Part shown: one piece after another, positions 1 to 13,335 of the stretch
Layout of the letters: every line of letters starts with the position of its first letter
Position numbering within the stretch: position 1 is the first letter of the stretch
From: Eledone cirrhosa
Lineage: Eukaryota
Assembly: GCA_964016885.1 (NCBI GenBank)
Contig: OZ024741.1
Coordinates: forward strand, 329,902,001-329,966,000
DNA length: 64,000 nucleotides
Direction: 5' to 3'
Program-made: the position numbers and the translations under genes
The notes under the pieces: generated by a model
What the model saw: only the letters and a program-made list of their open reading frames with translations
Database searches by the model: none
Told to the model about the DNA's origin: nothing

Positions 1-2241
1 CAGACACACGAGGAAAGAGAAAAGATCCTCAATGCTCACATGATGATGTGGACTGACATCCTAAAACCAAAATAGACGCACAGCCAATAATTTCCAAGTT
101 TCTAACAATGACCTTCCACACTTATATGGACTCCGGAAAGACCATAAGACAACTAACAAGCCTACGACAGGACCACCAACAAGACCTGTATGTGGAGCCA
201 ATATTGCTAGTAACTACAGGATCTCTTACTTCCTCTCTATGATTATACGCCCCATAATTAAGATGTCCCCAGATATATGTGACAGCACAGAGGATCTCCT
301 CAGCAGAGTCAATGAATGCAACAACGAAGACTTAACAAACTACATAATAGGCAGTATGGATGTAGTATCCCTGTACCCATCCATTGACATTGATTTTGTT
401 GTGGAAAAATATGTGGAAATAATCAGTGAAAGTGAAGTGGAGTTCTGCGACATCGACACAGATGAACTGGGCTTCCTACTTAGACTTACTTATGACACTG
501 AATACTTAGATAATTATGACCGTAGCTGTTTCTGCCCCAGTAGACCCCCACCATAACCTCAATGGCTAAAAAGACTCCCATAGGAAGATGGAATGGATGG
601 ACCAAAGCCATACGGACACCCCAAAACAACGATCAGGTGAGAAAAATGGTCACACATGCAGTAGGGGCTAGTATTAAAATTACCCTAAAGGACCACATGT
701 TTAAATTTAATGAGAAAATCTACACCCAGAATGAGGGAGTAGCCATTGGCGTCAGCATAGCTGGTGATGTTTCCAACCTATTTATGGTATGATGGGAAAG
801 GAGACTCAGAGAACTCCATAGCCCTCGTCATGTACTCTCGTTACATAGATGATATTAATATAATAATAAGAACACCCCCACAAGAGAGTACCAATAAACA
901 TGAACTAGAAAATAGCATAATGGAGAGCATCCAGCAGATAGCTAACTCCATACACCAGAGTATAACTGTAACTTGACTACCCTTCCAAACACCCTAACAA
1001 TAGACTACCAGTATTAGACACGGAACTCTGATTAAACACTATAAACGAGAGGGCCCAAATTCTCCACTCACATTATGCTAAACCCATGGCCTCCAAATAC
1101 CTGATACTCAAAAACTCAGCAATGTCCAATAGTGCTAAGTTTAATATGCTGATCGCAGACTTGGTAAGAGTGATGAAGAACGTGTCCCGCATGTGCGACC
1201 CAACAGAAATGGAAAGACACATCCAACACTTCATCAAATGCATGCAGTTCTCTGGCTACAACCAAAGAGACAGAATCAGAGTATACAAAGGAGCCACAGA
1301 GAAATATAAGACCCTCATAGAAATGGGCATGAAAGGAATTTGCCCATTATACAGGAGCAAATCATGGAATAGCTTAGATAGGCCTAAACATAACATAGGG
1401 AAAGCCACTTCATGGTACGACAACCTGAGATACCAGAGTGTCATGTTCGTGGATGCTACCCCTGGAGGGAAATTAGCTAAGCAATGTAGAAAGGCCCTAA
1501 GAAAGACGCATCTAAAGATTAAAGTGGTAGAAAAGCCAGGAATTACCATAAAATCCATTATCAGCAAGACATACCCCTTTAAGAAAACCCAATGTACAAA
1601 TAAGAAATGTGTTATATGTAGAATGAATCCTCAAATAAATTGTAGAACTAGAAATGTAGTCTATAGCATAAGATGTACAGAGGGTACTTGCAGAAACATG
1701 ACAACAACATACATAGATGAGACAGCTTGAAGCATAGGAGAGAGAATAGACCAACACTAGGGGGAACTAAAAGGACAAAAAACGGTTCAGTACTATATGA
1801 ACATGCCAGACAAAGACATGATGATAATATAGACAACATAGAAATTAAAATAATATCTAAACATAGAAATGACTCAACAGGTAGACAGATTAGAGAAGCA
1901 ACTGAAATAGAGCTAAGAAAATCAAAGTTAAACAGAAAAAAAGAATGGAATAACAACAATAACCAATACTGACCTAAGGGAAATATAAATAAAGAAATAT
2001 ATACACAAGTACAATAACAAAAAACACACATAAACACACACTAGTGAACAAAGATAGAATACAAACACACATAGACTCAAACACGAACACACACACCAAA
2101 CAGAAAACGCACGCAGACGCATGCGTAAACAGAGACAAGAATAAATAAAATTGAAATGGCGTAGACATTACAATACAACGGGAGGAAACATAATAGTACC
2201 ACTGATGATGTCACATGTGTGATGAAAGAGACTTTGATAGA

Positions 2242-2297
<56 letters not shown>

Positions 2298-2466
2298 GTA
2301 TTTTTAACCGTTGGTCAATCAATGATAAACATTGATTGCCAGATAAATTAACTAGGGAGGTACAAAAGATACAGAAGCAAAAACCAATCCAAACCAAACA
2401 GTGAGTGTGTTTTATTTTTATTTATGGCAATATTATAACAATATGACCCTCCCCAAGTATAACAAT
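1..2466 (+). mobile_element. Degenerate Penelope-like retroelement (RT + C-terminal GIY-YIG endonuclease, Naiad-like) with 3' pLTR
   Basis: Broken ORFs carry PLE RT motifs GSMDVVSLYPSI, YTQNEGVAIG and RYIDD. They are followed by CxxxxCxxC..C..NVVYSIRC..C..YIDET, RQIREATEI and LNRKKEW (GIY-YIG domain). Multiple stops and frameshifts. Hammerhead core at about 2202 and a tail shared with 34610-34850 and 35965-36205. Confidence 0.85.
2196..2240 (+). ncRNA. Minimal type I hammerhead ribozyme (degenerate) in PLE pLTR
   Basis: CTGATGA-t-GTCAC atgt GTGAT-GAAA; homologous to the better-preserved copies at 34724-34766 and 36041-36083. Confidence 0.6.
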
Positions 2467-2484
2467 ATATATATATATATATAA

Positions 2485-4406
2485 AATTCAAGCATGTTTT
2501 GTAGTGTGAGGATCAGAAACAGGAGGTGTTCAGGATTTTGAGGCAGTGTGTTAGAGAAAATTGTGATGTCATTGGTGAGAAGTGTGTCCGGGATGATAAA
2601 AGTGCACTTTCCCTCACAGGTACTGAGAAGAAAGCTGCATGGAAGAGCCATTATGAAAGATTACTGAATGACGAGAATGTATGGGAGAAAGAGACCCTAG
2701 CCCAAATGGACCCCATAGAGGGTCCAGCAGTGTAGTAAGGCAATTAAAGATATGGAAACTGGGAAAGCAGCTGGTCCACTGGGAATAGTTGCAGAGATAT
2801 TGAAAACATCTGGGTCGGTAGGTCACACCATAACCACACGTATTGTAAACCAAGTAATACTAGATGGCATCATACCGAATGATTGGCAGAGCAGCATCAT
2901 TGACAATAGATGCATTGTCAACAGATGCAGTTTATATTTGTGCCATGCAAAAGCACCCCAGATGCTCTCTTCCTTGTGAGGCAGCTACAGGAAAAGTACC
3001 AAGCTAAAGGTAAGCTGCTCTGCCTGGCATTTGTCGATCTGTAAAAAGCATTCAACAGAGTGGCCCGTGCCGTAATCTGGTGGGCTCTTAGAAAACTAGA
3101 AGTAGATGAGTGGTTTGTGAAGGCTGTACATGCCATGTATAGGGAAGCAGTCCGCAAAGTTTGGATTAACAATGACTATAGTGAGGAATTTGGCGTACAA
3201 GTTGGCATCCACCAGGTCTCTGTTCATAGCCCTCTCCTGTTTATTATCATACTATAGGCTATAACAAAGGAGTTTAAGACTGGTAGCCCATGGGAACTCC
3301 TGTATGCGGAGGATCTCACACTTATAGCGGAATCAATGGAGGAACTAAAGAAGAAATTCCAAACATGGAAACAGGGCCTAGATACAAGGGGTCAACTTGA
3401 CAAATACTAAGATCCTAGTAAGTAAAAAAGAAAACAGAACCCTGATCCCCCAGGAAAATGGCCTTGCTCAGTATGTAAGAAAGATCTAGGTAGAAATTCC
3501 ATCTTCTGTTTCAAATGCCAACTATGGGTACGCAAGAGATGTAGTGGGATCTCAGGAAGTTTAGCTAAGAATGTTGGCTTTACATGTAGCAGCTGCACCA
3601 GGACAGTAAGTAGCAAATGACCACATGAAACAAGCGCTATCAAATTCTGGGCAGGCTTGGTAGAAACAGAAGACAGCTTCTGTTACCCAGGTGACCAAAT
3701 TAGCAGCAGAGATGGGTGTTCTGAAAATACTATTGCCAGATTAAGAATGGGATGGAAAAGGTTCAGAGAGCTACTACCACTACTAGCAACAAAAGGTTTT
3801 CCCTCAAAATGAAAGGCAGACTGTATGATGCTTGCATACGAACAGCAATGTTGCATGGTAGTGAAACCTGGGCATGTGTACAGAAGACTTATGTAGATTT
3901 GATGCGTAAGGTTTCTTCCTACATACAAAAGGATGATTGTATGATGCCTGCATTCAAAGTGCAACATTGCATTGTAGTGAAACATGGGCTGTAACTGCAG
4001 AGGGCATGCATAGACTGGAGAGAAATGGAGCAGTCATGCTTCGTTGGATGCACAATGTAAGTGTGAGAGAAAAGCAGAGGTTGGATGAATTGGGAGAGAA
4101 ACTGGATTTAACAGGAATCCAAGGTGGTGTGCAGGAAAAAAGACTGTTGCTTTGGACATGTGATGCACATGGTTGATGACTGATGGGTTAAGAAGTGCCA
4201 GGAAATGCAAGTGGAAAGAAGCCACAGTAGTGGTAGACCAAGAAAGACATGGGCAGAGGTGATGAGAGCTGAACTCAAATCACTGAGACTCACAGAGGAG
4301 ATGATGAAGAAACGCAGCGATTGAAAGGTTGCTGTGCTGAGAAAGACCCGTCCAACCCATGCAAGTGTGGACAAACAGAAGTAAAAACAATGATGATGAT
4401 GATGAT
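2485..4406 (+). mobile_element. 5'-truncated, decayed RTE-clade LINE
   Basis: GKAAGP, IWWALRKL, GKWPCSVC, ETWA..RLERN..MLRWM and GRPRKTW motifs spread across frames; (GAT)n tail. Confidence 0.9.
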
Positions 4407-4446
4407 GTGTATATACACCAAAAAATATATATATATAAAGAAGAGA

Positions 4447-4762
4447 AAATACCCCCTTCGGTCACAAATGACCTTGGGATTTGCACCTAGTAAGTTTTCT
4501 GAGGCACAAGTCTGGGCAAGATTGTTTGTGCAAGACCAGCAGTGCCCCTTGCATACCAGTCCCCTTCTCCACGCCACTGACGTTACCCAAAGGAAAGGCA
4601 GAGGCCAATAGAGCTTGGCACCAGTGATGTCGCAACTCATTTCTATAGCTGAGTGAATCGGAGCTATGTGAAATAAAGTGTCTTGTTCAAGGATCAACAC
4701 ATTGCTCAGTTTGGGAATTGACTTCATGATTATAAGCCCAATACTCAAATGGTTAAGCCATT
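4447..4762 (-). mobile_element. tRNA-derived SINE
   Basis: Reverse complement has a degenerate A/B-box head and the body CCTTGAxCAAGACACTTTATTTCACA..CACTGGTGCCAAGCT; related to 25352, 41580 and 54808. Confidence 0.7.
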
Positions 4763-4779
4763 TGCCTTCACAAACAAAA

Positions 4780-7312
4780 AAATATATATGCATACACATG
4801 CTCCCCAAGCAGGCCTAGGCAAAGAAGAGAAAGACTGCTTTTACGAGCAACTTTTACAAACAACCGCAATGACAGAGGACGGAGACATCGTTATGCTAGC
4901 AGGGGACTTCAATGGTCATGTTGGACAGCTCCAGGATGGTTACACTGGGGTACATGGTGGGCACGGTTACGGCTCAAGAAATGAAGAAGGAGTGAGATGA
5001 GACTTCTTGAATTTTGTGATGCAAGTACACTGACTATTTGCAACACTAGCTTCCAGAAACCTGCCAACCACCTAATAGCCTACAAATCAGACGAGCACAT
5101 AAAGCCAGATTGACTTCTTACTAGTTAGGCAGTGGGACAAGCAGATGGTGTCTAATACCAAGGCATACCCTGGGGAAGAATGTACCCCACAGCATAGGTT
5201 AGTCGTTAGTGATATCTCAGTAAGCAAGAGATGGAATGAGACATACAGGAAGGTGTGGAGAAAAAAGGTCTGGAAGCTAAAAGACCTTTCACTAAAATAC
5301 AAATTTAGGAAAGCCCTTCTAGATGTGTATGACGAAAAAGAAGACGATTTAGAGACGTATGACATAGATAATAACTGGAATTTCTTACGTGACAACTTAC
5401 TGCAGGCTATTGATGAAACTTGTGGCTGGAGCAGAGCTCCAACCAGACAGAGAGTTACCTGGTGGTGGAACAGCACAGTAAATAAGGCCATTAGAGACAA
5501 AAGACTAGCATGGAAGGCTTGGAAAAAGGGTGGGAGTAGGGAAGAATATACAGCCGCTAAGAGAGAAGCTAGACGTCAGGTGTACTTAGTACTCCGAGAG
5601 AGGGACCAGCTATTGAGATTGACGAATATAGGGTCCAAGAGGCGATTAAGGAAATGAAAAATGGTAAGGCTGCTGGACCGTTGGGGATAGTTGCTGAGAT
5701 GCTGAAGGCATCAGGGGATGTAGGCACTGAACTGGTTGCACGCATCATCAATCAGGCTATATATGGTGGTGTCACACCCAAAGACTGGTGCAGCAGTATT
5801 CTCATAAATTGCTACAAAGGTAAAGGGGATGCTCTGGAGAGGAGCAATTATAGGGGTATAAAACTGATGGATCAGGTTATGAAAGTGGCAGAAAGGATAT
5901 TAGCACAACTAATTAGAGAAAGGGTCAAACTAGATGAGGTGCAGTTTGGTTTTGTGCCTGGGAAGAGTACAACAGATGCCTTCTTCTTGGTGAGACAATT
6001 ACAAGAGAGGTTCTTAGAGAAAAATAAGCCACTATACTTAGCCTTTGTTGACCTAGAGAAGGCCTTTGATAGAGTACCCCGATCTGTCATCTGGTGGTCC
6101 CTAAGGAAACTAGGTGTTGAGGAATGGCTTGTGAGGACAGTGCAAACTTTGTACAGAGGTACTGTCAGTAAAGTCAGGGTAGGAATGGAGTTTAGTGAGG
6201 AATTCCAAATACAAGTAGGAGTACACCAAGGTTCGGTCTTCAGCCTGCTCTTGTTCATTATAGTCCTCCAAGCCATAACAGAGGAGTTTAAGACTGGCTG
6301 TCCATGGGAAATTCTCTATGCTGACGATCTGGTTCTTATAGCAGAATCAGTAGAGGAGCTACAGAATAAATTCTGGCTATGGAAACAGCAGTTAGAAGCA
6401 AGAGGACTGAGAGTGAACCGAGCTAAGACAAAAGTGTTGATGAGTAGAAAAGAGAACAAAACTCTGATTCCATCAGGGAAATGGCCATGTTCGATATGCA
6501 GAAAAGGAACTGGCATAAATTCTATAATATGCACACAATGCACATCCTGGGTACACAAGAGATGTAGTGGGATAGCAGGCAACCTAACAGGTAGGGAGAA
6601 ATACGTATGCAGCAGATGTACAGGGAAATTAGACAGTAGAAGTCGCATTGATAGACACATTTTTCAAATGCAGGCGGATGCTATAGAAGTGGTGGATAGC
6701 TTCCGATACCTAGATGATCAGATTAGCATGGGAGGAGGTGTTCCGAGGCCATAGTATCTAGAATAAGGACGGGTTGGAAGAAGTTTAGGGAGCTGATTCC
6801 TCTGCTGACGAAGAAGGGTTTCTCCCTGCGTACGAAAGGCCGGTTATATGATTCCTGTGTGAGGAGCGCGATGCTGCATAGTGGTGAGACATGGGCGACG
6901 ACTGCGGAGAGTGTGTGATGGCTGGAGAGAAATGAGGCAAGCATGCTCCGTTGGATGTGCAATGTCAATGTGCATGAACGACCCAGCATAAATGTGTTGA
7001 GAGAGAAACTGTGTCTCAGAGGGATAGAATGTAGTGTGCGAGAGAGGAGACTGAGGTGGTATGGACATGTGATGCGCATGGAGGATGACCGATGGGTGAA
7101 GAAGTGCCAGGAAATGCCAGTTGAAGGAAGACGTGGTAGACGTAGACCACGTAAAACATGGGCGGAGGTGGTGAGAAAAGACCTCAGATCGCTGAAGCTT
7201 ACGGTGGATATGATGAAGGACCGTGACATGTGGAGAGATGCTGTACTGAATAAGACCCATCCAACCCTTTCAAGCAGGGAAAGACGGACGTAAAATGATG
7301 ATGATGATGATG
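4780..7312 (+). mobile_element. RTE-clade LINE (subfamily B): APE endonuclease end + RT, internally deleted
   Basis: AGDFNGHVG, SQIDF and QHRLVV (APE); FVDLEKAFDRV, GVHQGS and YADD (RT, ORF 5654-6754); 3' end GCAGGGAAAGACGGACGTAAA followed by (ATG)n. Confidence 0.93.
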
Positions 7313-7912
7313 ACACACACACACACATATATATATACACACACACCGTCATGGAAAAAAAAATTCATTCTTGTCATTTTTTTAACAAGACCATATCACA
7401 TCATACACTCACACACACATCACACAACACACACACATGTACACCCATACAGACAACACACATACATTACACTGTTATTTTAAATATACACATCATACAC
7501 ACACACAACATACACACAAACAGACACCATGCTCACGCCACATACACCATGCACACATCACACACATGCAGCCAACACATACACAACACTGTTGTTTTAA
7601 ATATACACACACCACACTGTTGTTTTAACTAGGCACATCACATGTACACCACAATATACATACACACAGCCAAATAGCATGCTATCTCACCACGCAGGCA
7701 ATTATAATAATATTCATAGAAATCTGGGATTTTTCCATTTAAGGGATGTTTCATATGCTGTTGAAATTTAATGGAAGTGAGGTAGTAGGGGAGGAGGAGA
7801 AAGATTTTAATGATTTTTATGGAAACACTAGAATTAGTTTTTGTCCTTTTTTGTGTGTGTATATTGTGTGGCTGACTGTTCAGTCTTGTATCCGCGTCCA
7901 TTTATACATGTG

Positions 7913-7958
<46 letters not shown>

Positions 7959-7992
7959 AAACCTGCTCACTGTTTCAAAACATATTTACTTG

Positions 7993-8026
<34 letters not shown>

Positions 8027-8027
8027 T

Positions 8028-8064
<37 letters not shown>

Positions 8065-8075
8065 ATATATTTATT
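7313..8075. repeat. (CA)-rich low-complexity tract and (TA)n microsatellites
   Basis: Seen directly in the sequence. Confidence 0.9.
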
Positions 8076-8229
8076 AAAATAACAGATTAAAGTTTAAGCA
8101 AAGAATCGCTGCTTTCACCCTTAACGGGATCTTCTGAAACTAACAAAGTCAATCTGTAAACGCAGAACTGGATATTTCAAAAAACGTTGCAACCGGAGGA
8201 AGACAGGAAGATGATACTTTGGTTCGTGG

Positions 8230-8620
8230 AAACGTTCCCTGGCAAAGAACGGGAAAAAACGAATAATACGTCATTAATAGGAGCGGTGAAAAACAATTAC
8301 TCGCAAAGACAGAACCACGTTTATGGTATAAAAGAGGTCCTTGACTAATGTTCTCTTAGGTGGTGCATAGAGACGTTCTCTGGCAATGAACGAAAAAAAC
8401 GAAGATAATACGTCATTAATAGGAGCGGTGAAAAACAATTACGCGCAAAGACAGAACCACGTTTATGGTATAAAAGAGGTCCTTGACTAATGTTCTCTTA
8501 GGTGGTGCATAGAGACGTTCTCTGGCAATGAACGAAAAAAAACGAAGATAATACGTCATATGTGGAGCGTGGAGAATAATAGCATGCAAAGACAAAATCA
8601 CGTAAATGGTATAGCAGAAG
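8230..8620. repeat. Tandem repeat, ~143-bp unit, ~2.7 copies
   Basis: ATAATACGTCATTAATAGGAGCGGTGAAAAACAATTAC.. recurs at about 8263, 8405 and 8548; the middle copies are near identical. Confidence 0.9.
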
Positions 8621-8743
8621 TCGTAGACTAAATTCTAACTAGGAGACCGAATGAATCTCCGCTCTACGGTTCTTATATATTTGATATATATTTATCCTTA
8701 TCGAGCCCTCTTTGGATTTATTATTATTCAAATTTATTATTAT

Positions 8744-8805
<62 letters not shown>

Positions 8806-9034
8806 ATGTATGTATAATTATACATATATATATATATGTGTATATATATATATGTATATGTATGTATATTTATGTATATGTATGTGTATATATATATGTA
8901 TGTGTATGTGTGTATATATATATGTGTGTGTGTGTATGTGTATATAAATATGTGTGTGTGTTGTATGTGCATGATGTGATATGGTGTTGTTAAAAAAAGT
9001 AACAAGGATGCATTCTTTTCAATTTGTATGTGTG

Positions 9035-9065
<31 letters not shown>

Positions 9066-9480
9066 CATCATCATTTTTCTTCCACTTTTCCACGTTTGCA
9101 TAGGTTGGATGGGTTCTTCTCGGCATGGCATCTCTCCACTCGCCGCATTCTTTTGTCCTTTCTGTGAGTCTCAGTCATTTAAGCCAGCTCTCATTACCTC
9201 TGCCCCAGGCCTTTCTTTGTATACCTCTACTGCGGTTTCTCTCCATTGACATTTTCTGGCACTTTTTGACCCTGCAATCATCATCCATGTGCTTCACATG
9301 TCCATACCAATGCAGTCTTCTCTCCTGCAAACCACTTTAGATTCTTCTTAAACCCAGCTTCTCCTTCAGCTCACCCAACCTCTGCCTTTCTTTCACATTT
9401 ACATTGCACGGTTGCTTCATACTTCTCCAGTCTACGTATGTCCTCTGCAACCACAGTATGATTCACTACCATGCAGCATA
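9066..9480 (-). mobile_element. RTE LINE 3' fragment
   Basis: Reverse complement matches the RTE C-terminal coding region and the (GAT)n tail. Confidence 0.75.
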
Positions 9481-9603
9481 GCATGTATTTGTACATACAC
9501 ATACATCTCTCTATATATAGATATATACATATATAGATATATACACATATTTATACATATCTATATATGTATATACACGTACACACACACATATATAGAT
9601 ATA

Positions 9604-10200
9604 TCATCATCATCATCATCATCATTGTTTAACGTCCATCTTCCACGCTAGCATGGGTTAGACGGGAGTTGTCCCACTTGAGGCAAGGTTGGTCGGGTGA
9701 TCGTGTCTCACTCATATAGGACTATCTAGCAGGTTTTCTACGGCTGGATACCCTTCCTAACACCAACCACATTTACAGTGTGGACTGGGAACTTTTTACC
9801 GTGTTACCTACATGACCACATTACAGCGTGGACTGTGTTTTTTTGTCGTGACACCTACACAATCTCGATCTCGATCTCATTTATTTGGAATGGATGTTGT
9901 GGTACCAACTTTACAGAGAGAGGGTGGTGTTGGTGGGAGTGGGAGGATAGAGTAGGGATAGTGGATTGGTTAAGAGGTGCCTACTGACTGTAGGTTTCAC
10001 TTTGTACATAGGCAAGGCGGGTCTTCTGTATTACCGCGTAGCGCCACAGATCTCGGTCTAGTGACATTGTCTTAGAGAGGTGCAAGTGTGTAAGGTCGGA
10101 ATTTATCAAATCCCCAGGTTTTTCTGGGTCTACCTATTCCGTAACTTCCATCAATTTTGATCGCCCTGCACTTTTTTATACAGCTGTCGTTTTTCATCTT
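9604..10200 (-). mobile_element. RTE LINE (subfamily A) 3' end
   Basis: Reverse complement aligns with 33340-33915 and 58200-58780, including the 3' UTR and (GAT)n tail. Confidence 0.85.
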
Positions 10201-10204
10201 TTAC

Positions 10205-13200
10205 TCATTTACCTGTCCCAGCCATCTGGCTGAGGCCATTCTGGTGCACCACCCTTGTTGCTTCACTTTCTATATCCTGCCTGCATTGGCTTGCCATTCA
10301 TGTAGGAGGGAGTTCGTTGCTGCTGTCCTTAAGTTACCTTCATTCCATGCTGTGGCTTCATCTGGGATCTTGGATAGTAGAGTGTCAAGATGTTTCTTGA
10401 AAACATCCACATCCAAACCATTTAGCTCTCTCAAGTTTCTTGCCAGCTTATTAAAGAGTTAGGGACCTTTCTGCTCCTTACTCTAGATGTGAATGACAGG
10501 ATCTTTGGCACTGCACAGTGACATCTGGTTCAAAGTTGGTCCAGCTATCAATGCCAAAGTTTGGTGTTAGTCCCTCCAGGATCTTCCATATGTATATCAC
10601 TGCATACCTCTCCTGCCTTCATTCCAAGGAGTAGAGTTTTAGTTCTTTTAGCCTCTCCCAGTAGCTCATCTCCTTCATCATGGCAATCCTCTTGGTGTAG
10701 CTTTGTTGGATTGCTTCAAGCTCCATGGTTAGTTTGACACTATGGGGTGACTACAGCTGGGAGCAATAGTCTAGTCGGCTTAGGACAAATGTCCTCCTAG
10801 TACCCACATGGTTTCTCGGTCCCTTGTCTTGAAAGTCCTCAAGATCAGTGAGCGAGTTGTCTGCACATTGTCACAATTTTCATGATGTGTGAATGAAATG
10901 ATGCATTGTCGCTCATGTCCATACCCAGGTCTCGTATCAATTTTGTCATGGGGATTTTGATCCCTCCTGGTCTGGTGTAGCTTTGTTGTACTGTCCTTGT
11001 GTTTGCAGGCTGATATTGTAGGGCTTGAAATTTTCTAGCATTAAATTGCATGTTGTTGTCCTCAGCCCATTTGTATTTGGCATCCAGATCTTGTTATAGA
11101 GTAGTATCAGCCAGGTTCTTGATTGCCTGTGCTACCTTTGTGTCATCAGCATAGCTAGTGAGGGATGTTGTATGTACTACAGAGGGCATGTCTGAGAGAG
11201 CCACCAAAAACTTTGAGAGTGCCCCGTTGACTGCAACTGTCTGGCTTCTGTCTATTAAGAAGTCATGCTGTAACTCACCTAATTTTCCAACTATGCCGAA
11301 TCTGTGGAGTTTGTGACATATCTTTCTATAGTCAACTGTGTCGGAGGCCTTCACGAAGTCAAGATATATCACATCCACATTTAAGTGGTCCAGCAGCTGT
11401 TTCAGTACCCAGTCGCAGTGTTGTAAAAGCTGTGCAAAGCAGCTTCTTCATGGGCGAAAGCCATACTGAGTGTTAGTTAGGAGGTAATTTTCCTTGAAGA
11501 ACGTGATCAGTTTCTTCTTGATGATTTGTTCCATGACTTTACTGATATGTGAGGTCAGGAACACCAGCCTATAGTTTTTAACCTCTGCTCCCTCCTTTAT
11601 AGATAGGGCATGTTATGCCTTCTTTTAGCTCTCTGGGTAGTTTACCACTAGCCTGAGAACTTCAGAATAAGATCTTCAGTGGTCTTCCTAAGGTACGCTC
11701 TAATGTTTTTAGGAGGATTACCAGGAATCCCTCAGGTCCAGCAGCGCTGAGTTTGCTCTTATTTCTTGTATGGCTGATATTACATCTTCTGTTATAACTA
11801 TGTGGTTGATTGTTGCCATTTCTCTATGTAGTGAAAACACTTTTGTACTGTTCCTTCAGGATCTCCCTTATCCCTTGAGGATCCTTAGTTACTGAACCAT
11901 TTTTATGGAAAAGTGGCCCAATATTGCAGTGTACCAAAGCAGTTTCTTTTGCAAATTTTAAGAAGGCCTTAGGGTTTTGTTTTTATATTTTCTATGGCCC
12001 TGTCTTCTTTCTCTGCTCTCTCCTTTACATGGGAAAGTTTGAGTGCAGTTTCAATTTCAAGCAGTGCCAGTTTTAAATTGGATTCCTTCATATTCTTCTG
12101 TTATGCATTTAACAGGTTTGAAATCTTTGGTCTTCGTCTCATAAGAATTTTCCTGTCTTTGGGAATAAAATGTTTGTCTGTTGGCCTTTTTTTCCAGGAC
12201 AAACTTACAGCATATGGTTTGTATTGTTGTCATAGTTCGACTATGTTATAATCTAAGAAATTTGTTGGTGTCACCTTTACATTGTGGATGAACACTGTGT
12301 TATTTGTAAAGCAAAGATCCAGGATATGCTCACCTCTTGTTGGGTGGAGTACTACTTGTTCCATGAATAGCCTGTTTGTGGGGTCCAGTAGGAATTCTGT
12401 CTGTCTCTGTTCGAGTGCTGTCATACCTGAAAGGAGGTGGCATCTGTTGGCCAATATGTGACACATATTACCAAGACTGAGTTGGAATGTATCAATAATA
12501 CAATGGGTGTGATATCATCATGGATGTACAAAGCAACTCCATCATGTGTTCTGCCCCTCCTGTCATTACGAAATACAGAATACTTTGGTATGTGTATTTC
12601 TGCATTTGCTACGCTAGTTGTCAGATGCGTTTCAATTAGTGCCATGCATATTGCTTGATTGCTTGTGGCTAGGTCTCTCAGGTAGGTAATTTTACTCATG
12701 TTGGTGAGTTTCACCAGGTCTTTGACATTCAACAGCAGCACTGGTGGGACAGTTGGGATGCTAACAGTTGCTGTCAATATAGCATTTGGGTTAGTGTCAG
12801 TGTTGGCCACCCTGAGTCCTTTGATTGTGGTGGTCTTGAGTGTTGGTGTGAGTGACTGGTTCTGAAACCAATGTAGCCTGGTCAGTTGTCTCACAATCTT
12901 TTCTGCCATTTCTAAAAAAGACTGCTGCTCTGCTGCTACAGACTGTAGTACATCTGTACATTGTCTCCTATCTGTTAGGGTGGCACGCATAACATCAGCA
13001 TACATCTGGGGCAGTGACCCTTTGTGCTATGTCATGTATTTGTATTAGTTTTGGCTGGGGTAATTGGGATGAGCAGGTTGGATGTAGCTCACCTGTGGCC
13101 TGGGGTGAGAACCTGCAGCCTGACCCTGTTTCTCTATGCCAACAGGTCCCCTTTCTGAAAAACTTGCAGGTTACCTGGGTTTTCTTTTGGCCTAGGTCTC

Positions 13201-13335
13201 GGCATCTGCTTTTGTTCATTACTTGGACAGTTTTCCAATGGTCACTTTCTGCATGGGCTCCCTTCTTTATCTGGTGGTTCCTTGTTCTGTCTTTACCGTA
13301 TTCCTGTTGTTCAGCTGGCCTGTCTTCCCTGACTG
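10205..13335 (-). mobile_element. Decayed CR1-group LINE (ORF1 Cys/His finger remnant, APE, RT)
   Basis: CKFFRKGTCWH..GCRF (ORF1-like); ETHL, RNDR and PTRGEHILDLCFTN (APE); DVIYLDF, YADDTK, NMQFNARKF, LDYCSQL and YWERLKELKLYSLE (RT and C-terminus). Confidence 0.85.

Noticed and set aside
780-1735. In-frame TGA codons in the Naiad-like PLE read as selenocysteine
   Set aside because: TGAs at about 790, 1029 and 1728 fall where Trp or Arg is expected (FMV*W, EL*, ETA*S), not Cys. The copy also has frameshifts and no SECIS was recognised.
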